A stretch of 64,000 bases of DNA, from assembly GCF_006345805.1 (NCBI RefSeq), contig NC_042998.1:50654001-50718000 (forward strand), in the 5' to 3' direction. The stretch is from Octopus sinensis (lineage: Eukaryota). Below are positions 36,401 through 50,314 of this stretch, piece by piece (within the stretch, counting starts at the first letter, position 1; each line of letters starts with the position of its first letter). The translations under genes and the position numbers were made by a program. A model generated the notes under the pieces. The model ran no database searches. It had not been told where the DNA came from and worked only from the letters and a program-made list of their open reading frames with translations.

Positions 36401-37807
36401 TATTATTATTATTATTATTATTATTGAATTGGCAACAACAATAAAGCATTGGAGGAAATGCCTTCTAATATTTAATTACATCTTGGGAAGTAATGTTTTG
36501 CCTAGAAATATGACATAATACTGATAAGGGATCCCATATCTGTTCAGTTGATCTGCTACAAATAGCAGCCAAGTCTCCTCTATATTATGCCCTAAAAAAT
36601 GAGGTACATTTATAACCCTGTGCCTGAAGGAGAGGATTGTCTGGTTACAGCTTAAACACATTTCATCATACATTTTCAGAACAACAGCTGCATAATACCC
36701 AAAGGGAAATTGAACATATGATCCATAAATATGCATTTCAATTCCTGATGCATCTGACTGCTCTACCTCTAGTTTGGAAAGATGAGCATACTTTGATTTA
36801 TGGCTCAAGGAGCTAGGTTAAGGTTTTTAAACACCGGATGTTCAATTGTTATTGTAAGCATTTTAGGTACGTCTGGTAAGACATGACTGCTTAAACCATC
36901 TTTTAGAGCATCAGGAAACTGTTTAGCAGCAGTTTGTTCTGGCTCTTTGCTGTCTGGGTTCAATTCCGGCTGAGGTCAGTTTCGCCTTTCATCCTTCCAG
37001 GCCTAATAAAATAATGTACCAGTCAAGTAATGGAGGTGATGAGACTGACTAAAACTCTCCCCTTAAAAATTGCTGCCTTATGCCAAAACTTGAAGCATTT
37101 ATATGTCACCCTGTGGAATACACACTCCCAGCAATTCTTGCTTTTGTACCAAGATGACCTTCCATTGTTCCTTGTGGCCCAACTACAAAATAGGGATGGA
37201 ACCATTTATTGAATTAACCCTTTTAATACTAGCATGCTTAGGCTCTCTTTAGTTCTAGGATACCAAAACTGTCTGCCTTAGAATGCTATTATTTCGTCCT
37301 TTAGCATTCAGATTATCCTTTCAAATGTAATCCTTATTTATGCACATTGTTTTGATTTAATCTTGTGTAGCCTCATAGCTTCAAGATGTTATTGTTTATT
37401 TTTCAAATGACATTGTGGAGTAGGTGTGAGATGCCAGACCTGGCTAGTTTGAACATAAAACAGTTAGACTATTTGAGTCAGATGTGGCCAGTTTAAATGA
37501 AAAGGCTTTTTTTTTTTTCAAATTGTTTTGTGATATTTCTGTATGGTGTGGTGAAGTTAAGCCAAATCAGATCAGTTTCAACAAAAGTTTTGGCCATGAA
37601 ATAGATTTAAAACCTGATAACTCTCGTACAATTAAGTACATGACTGGCGACATATTATGTGATGTTTGATTGTTCATTAATTTTGTTGATTGTATTTCTC
37701 TAACAAGCTCAGACATGGTTGTATGGTTAAGAAGTTAGATGACGATGCAAATGAACAAATCAACATGTTTGGGCTTGATAATATAAAATATACATATGTA
37801 TACACAC

Positions 37808-37917
37808 AGGCATGGCTGTGGTAAGAAGCTTGCTTCCTAACCACACGGTTCCGGTTTCAATCTCACAGTGTGACACCTTAGGCAAGTGTCTTCTTAGGCC
37901 AACCAAAGCCTTTTATG

Positions 37918-37968
<51 letters not shown>

Positions 37969-38192
37969 TATTGTGTATATCTTTCTCTGTGTTTGTCCCC
38001 ACCACCACTGCTTGACAACCTGTGTTGGTGTGTTTATGTCCCTGTAACTTAACAGTTCATCAAAAGAGACCAGTAGAATAAGTACTAGGCTTACAAAGAA
38101 TAAGTCTTGGGGTTGATCTCTTTGACTAAAAATCCCTTAATGGTGGTGCTCCAGCATGGCTACAGTCACATAACTGAAACAAGTAAAAGAAT
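37808..38192 (+). mobile_element. SINE family A, CpG-depleted
   Basis: Family A with CG converted to TG/CA. Confidence 0.8.
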
Positions 38193-38270
38193 AAAAGAAT
38201 ATACATATAAATATATATAGAGAGAGAGAAACAAAAACTGAAAATATTCGGAAAATGAAGATATTATATA

Positions 38271-39113
38271 CTGTAAATCCTCGTGCATAATCTGTATTTT
38301 TTTCCCCAAAATTTAAAGGTCAAAATCCCTAGTGCGTACTATATACGGAGTTAAAAATGAAAAATATTTTCTAAGCAATGTCCGAGTCTCTATTTGCTGG
38401 CCGGCAATGTTTATTCAGACGCATTTTGTGATGTCGGGCGCGAAAATACCTTAAGCTAAGCCTGAAAGCAATGAAGTCATAAAAGAATCATCCATAAATT
38501 GCAGTAAGCAACATTTATTAAAATAAAAGTATTCAGAACACAGAATAACATGTAACATAAACAATTTGCAAACATATTTACGTTCCCATATAACAGTTAA
38601 GAACATCACCATTATTATATTATGCATGTGTGGAAGTGTTTGTTCGACTAGGTGCTGCTGGCTTAATTACGCACAATGATGGAGATTTACACTACAATGA
38701 TGCTGACATGTTTACGGAGGAACAAATGGAACAGTTATTTGATGCTGAAAGTGACATTGAATTTGAAGGATTTGAATAAATGTTTTCTTGCTTTTGCAAC
38801 TGATAGTGATAAATATGTAAAGGCAATTTACTTAATATTTATTTTTCACTGAATTTATAACTGTTATTTCTTTATTTTCTGCAAACAAAATGCACAAAAA
38901 AGCTACACTTTTGCATTATGTTATATATACAATAATATTAAAGGACGTTAACATATACATTTTTACAAACCAAAGACGTTATATAGACCTCCATGACTCT
39001 AGTTAGAGAAGGGGTGCATATTATACACAAGATTTAGGTTTTTCAGAGGTACAGCCCTCTAAAAATCCCCTGCTTATTATACTCAAGGGTGGACTATACT
39101 CGAGGATTTATGA
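38271..39113 (+). mobile_element. pogo/Tc2-type non-autonomous element
   Basis: TIR TA|ctgtaaatcctcg.gcata / tatactcgaggattta; C-terminal LFDAESDIEFEGFE*. Confidence 0.7.
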
Positions 39114-39131
39114 TAGATATTTATATATTTA

Positions 39132-39626
39132 CTAGCAGTATCGCCCGGCGTTGCTCGGGTTTGTAAGGGAAATAACTATATAAGCATTTTTAGAGAGTTA
39201 CTTCCCTTATAGATGCCAATTCGGGCTTTCTTAGCCATTTCTGTTTTGGTGTCTTCAAGCTATGAAGTCGTTGTTCTAAAAGAACGCTGGTCCCTTGACA
39301 ACGCTTTACGACGTTGATTTCCTTACACTCCCTTCCCCACAGCTTCACGAGGGAGGGAAGAAGGGGGAGAAGCAAACAGGTGCAGGTGTGACCATGGACG
39401 CCAACTCCGCCGCCATCGACACACGAAAAATTATGCATTAAAATGGAATAAAAAATGATGTTAAATTATTTTTAAAATCGTAGACTCATCGTAGACGCGC
39501 GCTAATATTCAGACGGGCTCGATATGAATCACGACTATAAGATACCCGAATTTGGTTAAACTGCACCGCAAAATGTGGGAGTAGTTAGGAATCTAAATCA
39601 CACAACTACAGTTTTATATATATAGA
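39132..39626 (-). mobile_element. Non-autonomous Helitron, second subtype (495 bp)
   Basis: Same 3' hairpin plus CTAG and similar 5' TCTATATATATAAA, unrelated interior; A|..|T insertion site. Confidence 0.8.
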
Positions 39627-39912
39627 TATGTAGTACAAAAGTTACAGACAACTAGGGGTGGAAGGCATGGTATTTCAGGTTTGACAGCTGTTTCTGGAGG
39701 CTCAGAATTATGTAATAGTTGTAATGTTGGCAGTTAGTGTGTACAAAAAGTCAAGCACATGCAACTAGCAGTGGGTGCATATAAACATTGCCATAAACCT
39801 AGCCTCTGTCTTCAGGGTGGTGAGATCAGCATTTAACATCTATATGTATATATACATATATATATACACACACATATATACATACACACATAAATATCTA
39901 CATATGCATATA

Positions 39913-40301
39913 TGGTCCAGGAAACGAGATGGTACAATGTTTTTATTTTTTCATTTCGTTCCTGTCAAATTTTATTTTATCCCTAATTTTGTGGTTATGG
40001 AACCTAGCTGTTCTTTCTAGCATGTTGAATCCCACAAGTGGATTCCTCGTGTGTTTAAATGTACATTGTATTTTATGATTTTATATGCTAGAAAGAACAG
40101 CTAGGTTCCATAACCACAAAATTAGGGATAAAATAAAATTTGACAGGAACGAAATGAAAAAATAAAAACATTGTACCATCTCGTTTCCTGGACCACTTGG
40201 TCCAGGAAATTTTGTGGTTATGGAACCTAGCTGTTCTTTCTAGCATGTTGAATCCCACAAGTGGACTCCTCATGTGTTTAAATGTATACTGTATTTTATG
40301 A
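39913..40301. repeat. Forward-inverted-forward triplication (111-bp perfect inverted repeat plus partial third copy)
   Basis: 39913-40023 is the reverse complement of 40085-40195; third copy 40198-40301. Confidence 0.9.
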
Positions 40302-40499
40302 CTAATACATAGACTTTGGACTAAATTTTTACATGTTAGGCCACTAGAAATGGAAATTTTAATTAATGTCCATTTCCCTTTGATATGATTAAGTATTATA
40401 TATATACATACACAAATTTGCATATGCACATATATATGTATACATTTATAGACATATAACTGGCACTCTGGTGGTTATGACATATGGTATATATGTATA

Positions 40500-40800
40500 C
40501 TTATATGTTGAAAGGTACATGGTTTTGGTCAGAATATTCAACTCACAATCGTAAATTCATGAGATTAATTCCTAGTGCTGTGTTGTGTCCTTGAGCAAGA
40601 TACTTTACTTCACGTTGCTCTGGTCAACTCAGCTGGCAAAAATGTAATTCAATAGGGCCAGTGTTGTCATATTGTGTCACGCTGAATCTCTCTGCGAACT
40701 ACATTAAGGGTACACATGTCTGGAGTGCTCAACCACTTGTGTTTTAATTTCACGAGCAGGTTGTTCCATAGATTGGATCAACTGGGACCCTCGCTGTCAT
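40500..40800 (+). mobile_element. SINE family G
   Basis: ccttgagcaagatactttacttcacgttgctc..gtcacgctgaatctc..ttaagggtacacatgtc. Confidence 0.7.
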
Positions 40801-43800
40801 AACCACCAGAGTGCTGGTTATATGTATATACATGTGTGTGTGTACACATGTATACATATGTGCATATGCAAATTTGTGTATGTATGTATATAAATGTAAA
40901 AGTGAAGGCAAAGTGAAGGCATTTGAAAGATAACAAATAAATGTAATTTGTGGAACTGTATACATGCTGGATTTTGGTCGAGCGTTCTATATCTACTTCT
41001 GGAAATTGTGTTTTGTACACGACAGACTATGCTAATGATCTTGCAGATGTTTATGTATCCATATGCGTAAATATTAACAAGTGAAACTAATTAGTACATA
41101 AATAATCGTTTTTTATTTCGTATATTTTCATTTGTCTTGCTTATTTTTACGCTTTGGTGTTTTGCTGAATTTTTTCTTGAGAACACATTCTTTGTGGAAA
41201 ATGGCGATTTTGACGTCTATATCTAGCATACAGGCTGTCCACTTTTAGTGGTCAGTCCTATAAATTTTGTACATATATATGTAGATATTTATGTGTGTAT
41301 GTATATATTTGTGTATATATACACACACACACATAATGCAAATGGGTACACATGATTTTCTATTTTATGTCTCATCTACACATGTGCTTTGCTTGCTTGT
41401 TAAAAACAGTGGCTTTCCTAATGGTGACATTTGTTTGCAGTCCACAATGAAGCATGTCTGGACTAGTTCAGTAGACTCGAAGATAATTACCTCACTTAGA
41501 AACAGTGGTGTTTGCTGACCGGAACAGTACCAGTTGTAAAAATCTGTCCCAACTTACTCTCATCTCATTCATGCAAATATGGAAAAACAAACATTATAAT
41601 GACAGTGACAATAACAAAAAAGCGATGATAAAATTTAATTAATGTTTCGTTAAAAAAATTTTTACTTTCTAAAAGTAGATTGCCTAATATGAAAAGTTTG
41701 GAAAGCCCTTGTTTAAATTTAAACATTATGCAAACACCACTTTAATAATAAAATTTTTTATTTATTTTACTTAATCCCTCTAGATTTGATTATTTTCCAA
41801 AATTCATTATAAGCATGGTTATGAGAGAGTGGTGCCAAATGAGTCTATGTGTAAAATTCCATATCCATGTGACGGTCTGTCTCGCTCCTTAATATTATGC
41901 CATTGTGATATATGCAAAAAAAAAAAGTGCTTATAAAAGATTCTCATTAAAATATGAGAGAAAAATCTTTATTAATATGGTAAAATTTTGATTCATTAAA
42001 ACCTGTTAATGATGTTTGAATAACATCTCTTTCAAAGATGCATTTTTATGATGTGATGAAGTTTGTATATTTTTACATGTATTAATATAATGAAGCCATA
42101 CTTCAGAAGACCATATGAATTTTCCTTTTAGATTCTATAAAATGCTTGATGACGACAACAACTATTTGAATTTGTAACCTTGAGTACAATGACCCGTTCT
42201 CATTTCTTTACATTTTCTTTCCTTTTAATTTTTCTTCATAATTCTTTGCAATCACTCTGCATGTTTATCTAAAATCTCGGCACAAACTTGTTCAGTTTTT
42301 CCATTTGAAGATTCAATTATTATCATTATTGTCTGCCCATGCACCATTAATAATTGGCTAATAACTGAAACAGTTATCAAGAATGTTGTCCTTCTGGGAA
42401 TTCTCGATTTCAATTCTTCTTGAAATATTGAGAGCAATTTAGCACTGACACAAGAGTTTGTAAATTGCTTCCATGCTGAATATTGAAAAGTTTCTCAAAT
42501 CTGTGAATTTTAATTATTCTTTTTTCTTTTTTTGTTTCTTTATTTGTTTTGCATGGTTCCTTTTTTTGTTCTTTTTCAAAATCATTGAAATTCTCAGTTT
42601 ATTAGCGATGTTAAAAAGTGCTTTTAGGTTTTCTTTCGTTTTCCAGTCTTCTCAGTTTCTCTCTTGTTTATTTCTCCAAGTTTTGAAACCTTCTTCACAA
42701 ATTTTTGATGGTACTTAATATTTTTTAAAGTGGTAAATATCAGGAGGATCTCTTACTGCAAAAATTCTTCAAACTAACTAGTTTATATCTTCCACTCCTG
42801 AAGCAAAGATATTTATACTATATAATTTAGAAAGTAAAAGAAAACTGAATTAATGCTTTACCATTTAAACCAGTTGTATCAGGCCCAAAATTTTCTATCT
42901 TTTATGTTCAAACTGTCTGGCTCTGGCCTCACACCTACCTAACAATGTCATTATAAAAATATACAATCACTTCGTTGAATCTCAAAGCTACAAGATAATG
43001 CAAGATTAATTCAAAATCAATGTGAATAAATAAGCATTACATTCGACAGAATAGTCTGAATGCTAAAGTGTCAATTTACAAGTTAGGAAATAATAACTTG
43101 CCTTTATTAACCTCATCTTGATTCTTTCTTTCTTTCTTTATTTATTTATTTACTGTTATAGTGTAGTGGTAGTTTTTTTTAGCCCCAAGTTAGCCTTTAT
43201 GAAGCAGGCCTATGATCAAAGGTGTTCTAATTGTGACTAACACAAGCTTTACTTTTTCTGGCACCATATAATTCATGACCATTTTTTCCAATGAACAGAA
43301 CATTCACATTTTAGTGAGGATAAATGTTACCTCTTGGTGTTAATACTGCTTCAGTCACTAATAAATATTTTTAAACAAGATCACTGGCTAAACTCAATAC
43401 TAGTCCTTGTTCTGGCACTGTTATTCTATATATCACTGGGCCGTTCAAGAATTTGGACCTGGAGATCTCCATTTCCAGCAACTTCGAGGGCTACCTCCCA
43501 GTGGTGTCAGGCGTCAACGAAGAGCCCTCAACTACAAGACGACCAAATTTTTTTTCCCAAGGTCTGGGGTCTCCTGCCCCTAAGCCCTAGACCATCACCT
43601 AATACATCCTTACCTGTCTTGATGCTTAACAACAACAATATATCACTGGCGGGGAGATGAATTACTGCTACCTCTAGTGGTTGAGAATCCATCATTGCCT
43701 AGACCAAGCAAGGCTGAAATCACATAATCAAGTGGTCTCAGCACTGGAGGTGGCTGTAATTTGTCTCCCTGCTAGCATTATAAATTAGAGTGCATGTTGC

Positions 43801-44112
43801 ATTAAATACCAATACAAGAGTTTGACGACATAACTTCGTCGTGTGTGACTGGCCCCTACAGTGTACCTTACCGATTGACACTGCTTGCTGTGTCTATCTA
43901 CTATTCATCAGTAGTGGAACAGCCCACTTCTCTCTTGGGAGTGTCCACCACAACACTGCCCCCTTTGAGATTTCTTTTTTCTTTCACACAACATTATTAT
44001 TTTTTCTTCAGAATGCCACAGGTAGTACCAGTCTACATTGTTTACAGGTAGTGCTACTAACACATAGCGACCTGACTAAAATCCTTCATGCGGACTTATA
44101 TTATTTTTCACT

Positions 44113-44260
44113 GGCGTTAGGAAGGGCATCCAGCTGTAGAAACACTGCCAGATAAGACTGGAGCCTGGTGCAGCCTTCTGGCTTCCCAGATCCCCAGTCG
44201 AACCGTCCAACCCATGCTAGCATGGAGAACGGACGTTAAACGATGATGATGATGATGATG
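44113..44260 (+). mobile_element. RTE 3'-end fragment with (GAT)n tail
   Basis: ggcgttaggaagggcatccagctgtagaaac..gatgatgatg. Confidence 0.8.
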
Positions 44261-45561
44261 TAGTTCAGTTCTGTGTTATGGTTTCAGTTTTATCAGACAT
44301 TTTTTTTACTTCAGAATTTTTTTGCAATTGAATTTATATATTTTTTACTGTGTGTAGTTCAGTTCCTTCTTTAAATTTTTCACTGTGTATAGTTCAAGTC
44401 CTATTTTGGGATTTTCAATATTTTTCACTGTGTGTAGTTCAGATCCTTCTTCAAATTTTTCACTGTGTGTGGTTCTTTCATTTTGACATTCCTACAAGCA
44501 TTTGTAACCTCGTTGCCACTGTTATAACAACACCATTATACAGTGGGAGGTATCCTTGTCACTACTGATACGCCCTGCATTATGACAACATAACTTCATC
44601 ATCTGCATGACTGGCCTATATGGTGTACCTCAACGACTGACACTGTTTGTTGTGTCTGTCCACTATTTATTAGTAGTGGAACAGCCCACTTCTCACTTGC
44701 GGGTGAGAACAGTTTCTCTCATGGTAACTACTGCAGTATAGTTTGTTCTAACAGAACACCCATGTTTAAGTGGACATAGATTTTATCCAATGTGTACTTC
44801 TTTAATGAAAAACAATGGGATGTGATTTGAGGAAACTTTAGCTGCTTCAGCATAAGGGCTTCACACTTGGCTCAGTATTATAGAGATAACATAAGGCAAT
44901 GAACTGGCAGAATCATTAGCATTCTGAGCTCAAACTTTTACATTCTGAGCTCAAATTTCTGCCAAAGTTGACTTTGCCTTTCCTCCTTTCAGGGTCAATA
45001 AAATAACAATTTATTATTGGAGTTGATGTAATCAGCTTCCCCCTCCCCTCAAAAACTGCTGGCCCTGTGCCAAAATTTGAAACCATTATAGAGGTAATAT
45101 AGTAGTGAATAATATGTTGGGTTATTTACTCATAAGATTATAAGTTCAAATCCACTGTTGGTAAAACGCTTTATTCTGCATTACAGCTCATGTAACTCTG
45201 AAGGATAGATTCTACCTGTTTATATCAGAATGTTACTTGCTTCAGACTGGTGTTTTATTCATGGTTAAGTTTATCTTTCATGTGCTTTCTACCATGAGAA
45301 AACCACTGGCTCTTTAAGAAAAGATCCTTTCAAAATTAAGAACATTACTTAGATAAGTTTCAGCCAAAGTTGACCCAGGCCATGTCTAATTTGATAGCAC
45401 TACCTGCAAGAGATACAATCAGCTGTTGGGCACCATAGCTCATTCGAGAAGAGAGTTGCTGTTTTCAGAGACATATCCGGGTGTGAGTGGTTTGCCTGGT
45501 ATTTATTGGAGGTAATCATCTAGGGACCGTTTGAATGCCATGAAATCACTTTCCTCCTTAA

Positions 45562-46541
45562 CCCTTTTGTTACCAAACCGCCCAAAGCCGCCGAAAAAAA
45601 TTTTGGTTAATGTGACCAAACCGCCCAAACCCGCCCGAATTTACCTATTCATATTTAAATGAGAATATCAAAGCAAATCTCTTTAGTACATTCGTGAAAA
45701 CACGTGATTATGCTTCGTAAACAGTTCATCTACGTGTAATTTTAATTCCTTGAATTTTGGGAGATTTTTTTTCACATTTTTTTCGGCATCGATTTTTCTT
45801 CAACTTTGAAAATAGATAGGAGTTTCATGTTATCAAGCATTGATTCCAAATTGGAAAATTTGTGAAACAAATACTGGGTACTGTTGTGTATTTAGTTTTT
45901 ATACAGGGAAACTAATGTTAGTCAGCATGGCTTAGGGTATGATGTGGTCTGGAAGTTATTGTTTGAAGCGATCAATGCGGAAACAAACTTACGCAGAACG
46001 TAAACAAACACAAAATGGGGGTTCAAATTTCGGAAAATTTGTGAAGCAAATACTGGGTACTGCGTGGATTTAATTGTTATACAGGGAAAATAATGTTAGT
46101 CAGCATGGCCTAGGGAACGATGTGGTCTGGAATTTATCACTTCCATACCATAACCAGGGCCGTATATTATTTTTTGACTGATTTCTTTATGGTACACCTG
46201 TTGTGCATTAAATTCAACTGATGATATAGTGATGTGCACAATTCTTCTTTATCAAAATTTTGAATATTAGCTGATGATGTTTAAACAAAATTTTAATATT
46301 TTTACCTTTTGCTCAATTTACCTGGATTTACCTGTAATTAAAGTCACTTTGAGACAAAAGTTATGCAATAGAATTGATTAAGAACCCTTTCTTTAATTAT
46401 GTTCCAAATATCACATTAATATGTTGATAAGTAAAAAAGTTACAGTTATTTAATGAAACAAGCCTAGATTCATGATTATTTTAGAATTTAATTGAAACTC
46501 ATGAGGGGTGTATTTTGGTCAGAAATATAGTAACGAAAGGG
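45562..46541 (+). mobile_element. Non-autonomous piggyBac, sister of 33944-35025
   Basis: TTAA TSDs; shared termini; internal ~100-bp direct repeat 45852-45954/46032-46132. Confidence 0.85.
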
Positions 46542-47026
46542 TTAATGTGTGCTGGCACGATGTTGAAGAAAGCAGGGCCAGTTGAGATGAACTAGGTTTG
46601 ACGTAGTGCTATGATACAACATGAACATGATTTCTGTAGTGAATGGACAGCATGGGGGCCAAGCCTCAGATGAATTTTAAAGATGATACCTATATCATTT
46701 GGGCAATGTTGATGGAATATTTACCACATCATACAGATGATATAGCACTCGTGGCAGTGTTGGAGGGATGGCATTGGATACATCATTACGCTACCTTTGT
46801 ATTGAATCTAGGGCAAATTTTGGTATAGCTGTTAATCCTGGTCATAACACGGAGTCTCTAAACTTACAAACATGGTGGTGGGGTAAGAAGTTTGTTTCAC
46901 AAGTCGCATGATTTTGAGATCAGTTTCTCTATGCCATACCTCATACAAGTGTCTTCTAACATAGCTTCAGGTTGTTCCACATTATGCAAGTGGAACTGTG
47001 TAATAATAATAATTTAAGAACTATTG

Positions 47027-47222
47027 GAACAAGGCCTGAAATTTTGGGGAAGGTGAATAGTCAATTACATCGATCCCAGTATTCAGCTGGTACTTACTTT
47101 ATTAACCTCAAAAAGTTAAAAGACAAAGTAGATTCCAGTGGGATTTGAACTCAGAACAACAACGGAAAGAAATGCTGCTAAGCATTTCATCCAGTATGCT
47201 AATGACTCTGCTAGCTCCACTG
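47027..47222 (-). mobile_element. SINE family B, CpG-depleted
   Basis: Reverse complement of family B. Confidence 0.7.
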
Positions 47223-47917
47223 CCTTTATAATGATAATAATAATAATATTATTTTTTTTTTTTTATATTGATGGTTTGAGAAATATTATGCTCTTTTTTT
47301 AGAGATATTCAGGCAACAATAGAAGTGTATTGTATAAATTGGTAATGTATTTTTGTGTGAAGTCAGAATGAATAAATCAGTTTAATAATAAAAATATAAA
47401 GCAGAAAAACAAACAAACAAAAGAAAACAGTTAAAAGGAATGTAATGGTAAATTAGTGCCATTCAGAACTAGTCACCTCCCTCTCCTCTCCTTCTAACCT
47501 ATTCTTCTGTCTTCATTCTTCACATTACCAATTACTAGGTAGATTTCTAACCAATAAAGTGATTCTTTCATTTGGGATTTTAATATATTTCGTATTTTCC
47601 CAACATACTATTATAAGCAATATCCGGTCTACCTTTAAGAATGAAGATATATGCATGTGTGTGTTTTGTTGTTGTCCATTTTGATTGCAGGATTGGGGCA
47701 GGGGTGGCTTTTATCTCCATTTTAGCATCAAGCATTTGTTTGCGTTTTCTGTTTTCTTTTTTGTAATTTTTGTATTTTTGGTAAGCACTGTTGAAAGAAT
47801 TTTGAGTCTATAACTGTCAGGTTTCATCAGAGAATTCAAATAGGGCTTTGTTTCACTTACTGTAAATTATCAATAAAATGTATGCATTTTATTATACACA
47901 TATAGATGCAGGCATAT

Positions 47918-48450
47918 TTATGTGGTAAGAAGTTGGTTTTGTAACTGCAAGGTTACAGGTTTAGTCCTATTTGTGTGGTACTTTGAGCAAATGTTTTCTA
48001 CTTTAGCCTTGGGCCAACCAAAGCCTTGTGAGTGGATTTGATAGACAGAAATTGAAAGAAGCAAATCATATATGTGTGTGTATGCGAGTGTGTGTTTTCT
48101 CCCTGCCACCATTTGACAACATGGTGTTGGTTTGTTTATGTCCCCATTAATTAGCAGTGTGGCAAAAGCGACTAATAGGATAAGTACCAGGTTTACAGAA
48201 AAAAATAAGTACTGGGGGCGATTTCCTTGGCTAAATCCTTCAAGGTAGTGCCCCAACATGGCCACTATGTGGTTGTGTGAAGGTGGTGCCCCAACATGGC
48301 CACTATGTGGTTGTGTGATTAAGAAGCTTGCTTCCCAACCATATGGTCTTGGGTTCAGGTCACCTTGATCAAATCTTTTTTCTGTAACCTCTGTGTTAAC
48401 TAAAACCTTGTGACTGAATTTGGCAGATGGAAACTGAAAGAATTTTGTGC
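47918..48450 (+). mobile_element. Two SINE family A copies with a 38-bp tandem duplication at their junction
   Basis: 48242-48279 and 48280-48317 duplicated. Confidence 0.7.
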
Positions 48451-49293
48451 ATATATGTGTTTACAGATGGGCATGTGATGAATCCTTATATAAAACACAA
48501 TATATACAGAATATGTATGTTAATACAGATTGCACACATGAGTGGCCATAAAGAACCCCAGACAGAAAGTGACAGAAACCAAAATCTAGAGAGAGAGGAG
48601 TTCTGACAACAGGTTATTAGTGTGTGTATGTGTATTTAATAGTATTAATAGGAGAAACAGAGCTCAGTATTCAAGTGTAATATCTTTCATTGATCTGTAA
48701 TGGTGCGTAAGTGATTTAAGTTTTGGGAGTTTGGTGTGTGTTGCACTTTGCAAAATTTGCTAAGTTTGCCTTTTTGAATGTTCTTTGCAAAACATGTTGT
48801 TTTAGCTTGAGAAACACTTCACTATTTGGTCAAGCCCTTGTTGACTTATTAAAGTTTCTTCATGGAAAGGAAGAGAAAGCAGTGTGAGATGGTTGCCTTT
48901 ACTATAATGCTTGGGAACATGACAGTGGCACAAAATGGGTGGAGTGAATGTCTTCTCTCGGCATGCTCTTGTAGATTAAGGAATGATACTTGGGAGCGAG
49001 GCTCCGAAAGGAGTCTCAGGGAGTAGCATCCCTGCCTTCCTGAGCTAGTTTTCCACCACATTTCTTAAAATTCATGGTAGAGACCTTGGTCTCAGGACCA
49101 CTCATGTCTAGAAACTGAAGTTAGAGGTAAGCAAGGGCATGCTTCCCATAGAAAATCCAGCTCCAAAAAAGTTTCATGATAGCAGAGGAGAATGGGCACC
49201 ATCTAGCCCAAAGTTTGGGATGGGCTGCACCCGCCTACCTTGATTGCTATGGCATTGAGGTAGATCTGGCCACCCTCGTTGACGTGGACAGAA

Positions 49294-49980
49294 TCATCAT
49301 CATCATCATCATCATTGTTTAGCGTCCGCTTTCCATGCTAGCATGGGTTGGACGGTTCAACTGGGGTCTGGGAAGCCAGAAGGCTGCACCAGGCCCAGTC
49401 TGATCTGGCAATGTTTCTATGGCTGGATGCCCTTCCTAACGCCAACCACTCCATGAGTGTAGTGGGTGCTTTTTACGTGCCAGACAAATCTGGCAAACGG
49501 CCATGATCGGATGGTTCTTTTTATGTGCCACAAACGGATGGTGCTTTTTACGTGCCACCGGCACAAGGCCAGTTGGGGCGGCGCTAGCAACGGCCACGTT
49601 CGGATGGTTCTCTTACGTGCCACCGGCACTGGTATCTCAGCTGCAATTTCCACTGATCGATTTCGATTCTGATTCTGACTTACCTCAACAGGTCTTCACA
49701 AGTAGAGTTTTGTGTCTCAAGAAGGGAAGGTATGCATAAGTGGACTGGCTACATCTCGTGTAGAAGGCCACGGGTTATGGTCTCACTTGTCCTGCCGGGT
49801 CTTCTCACGCACAGCATACTTCCAGAGGTCTCGGTCTCTCGTCATTTCCTCAGTGAGACCTAAAGTTCGAAGGTCGTGCTTCACCACCTCATCCCAGGTT
49901 TTCCTGGGTCTGCTTCTTCCACAGGATCCCTCGACTGCCAGGGTGTGGCACTTTTTCACACAACTATCTTCATCCATTGG
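49294..49980 (-). mobile_element. 5'-truncated RTE LINE (ORF C-terminus, 3' UTR, (GAT)n tail)
   Basis: RMDED..VEG..GRSRPRKTWDEVVKHDL..MTRDRDLWK. Confidence 0.9.
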
Positions 49981-50314
49981 ATTTAAAACACTGGATGATG
50001 ATGATGTTGATGATCACTTGGGAGAAGATGCATAGCCTTGGTGACTAAGATGATCTTGGATCTGTGGAGTTCCTTGATTGGCTTTTTGTGGGGCAACTTT
50101 TCTTGTATCTGGTGGTGGGGACCATATCATTTTTATTTGTCTATTGTGTATGTCTTTTATAACATTTCCTTTTTTATCTTCGTTGATTTCTGTGTAAACG
50201 CCAACTCTTTGTGTAACCTGTCTTTGTAATGTCCCCTTCATCTGACACCCTAGTCTGATGTCCCCATCATCCTTTGCCCTGGTGGCAAATAAAAGAAATT
50301 ATCATCATCATCAT

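Noticed and set aside
42252-42718. Lys-rich or Phe-rich ORFs as host exons
   Set aside because: No recognisable motif, frequent stops and no convincing splice pair.
48998-49017. GAAA-tetraloop hairpin as part of an HDV-like ribozyme
   Set aside because: Could not assemble the nested pseudoknot by eye; an RNAmotif search would be needed.
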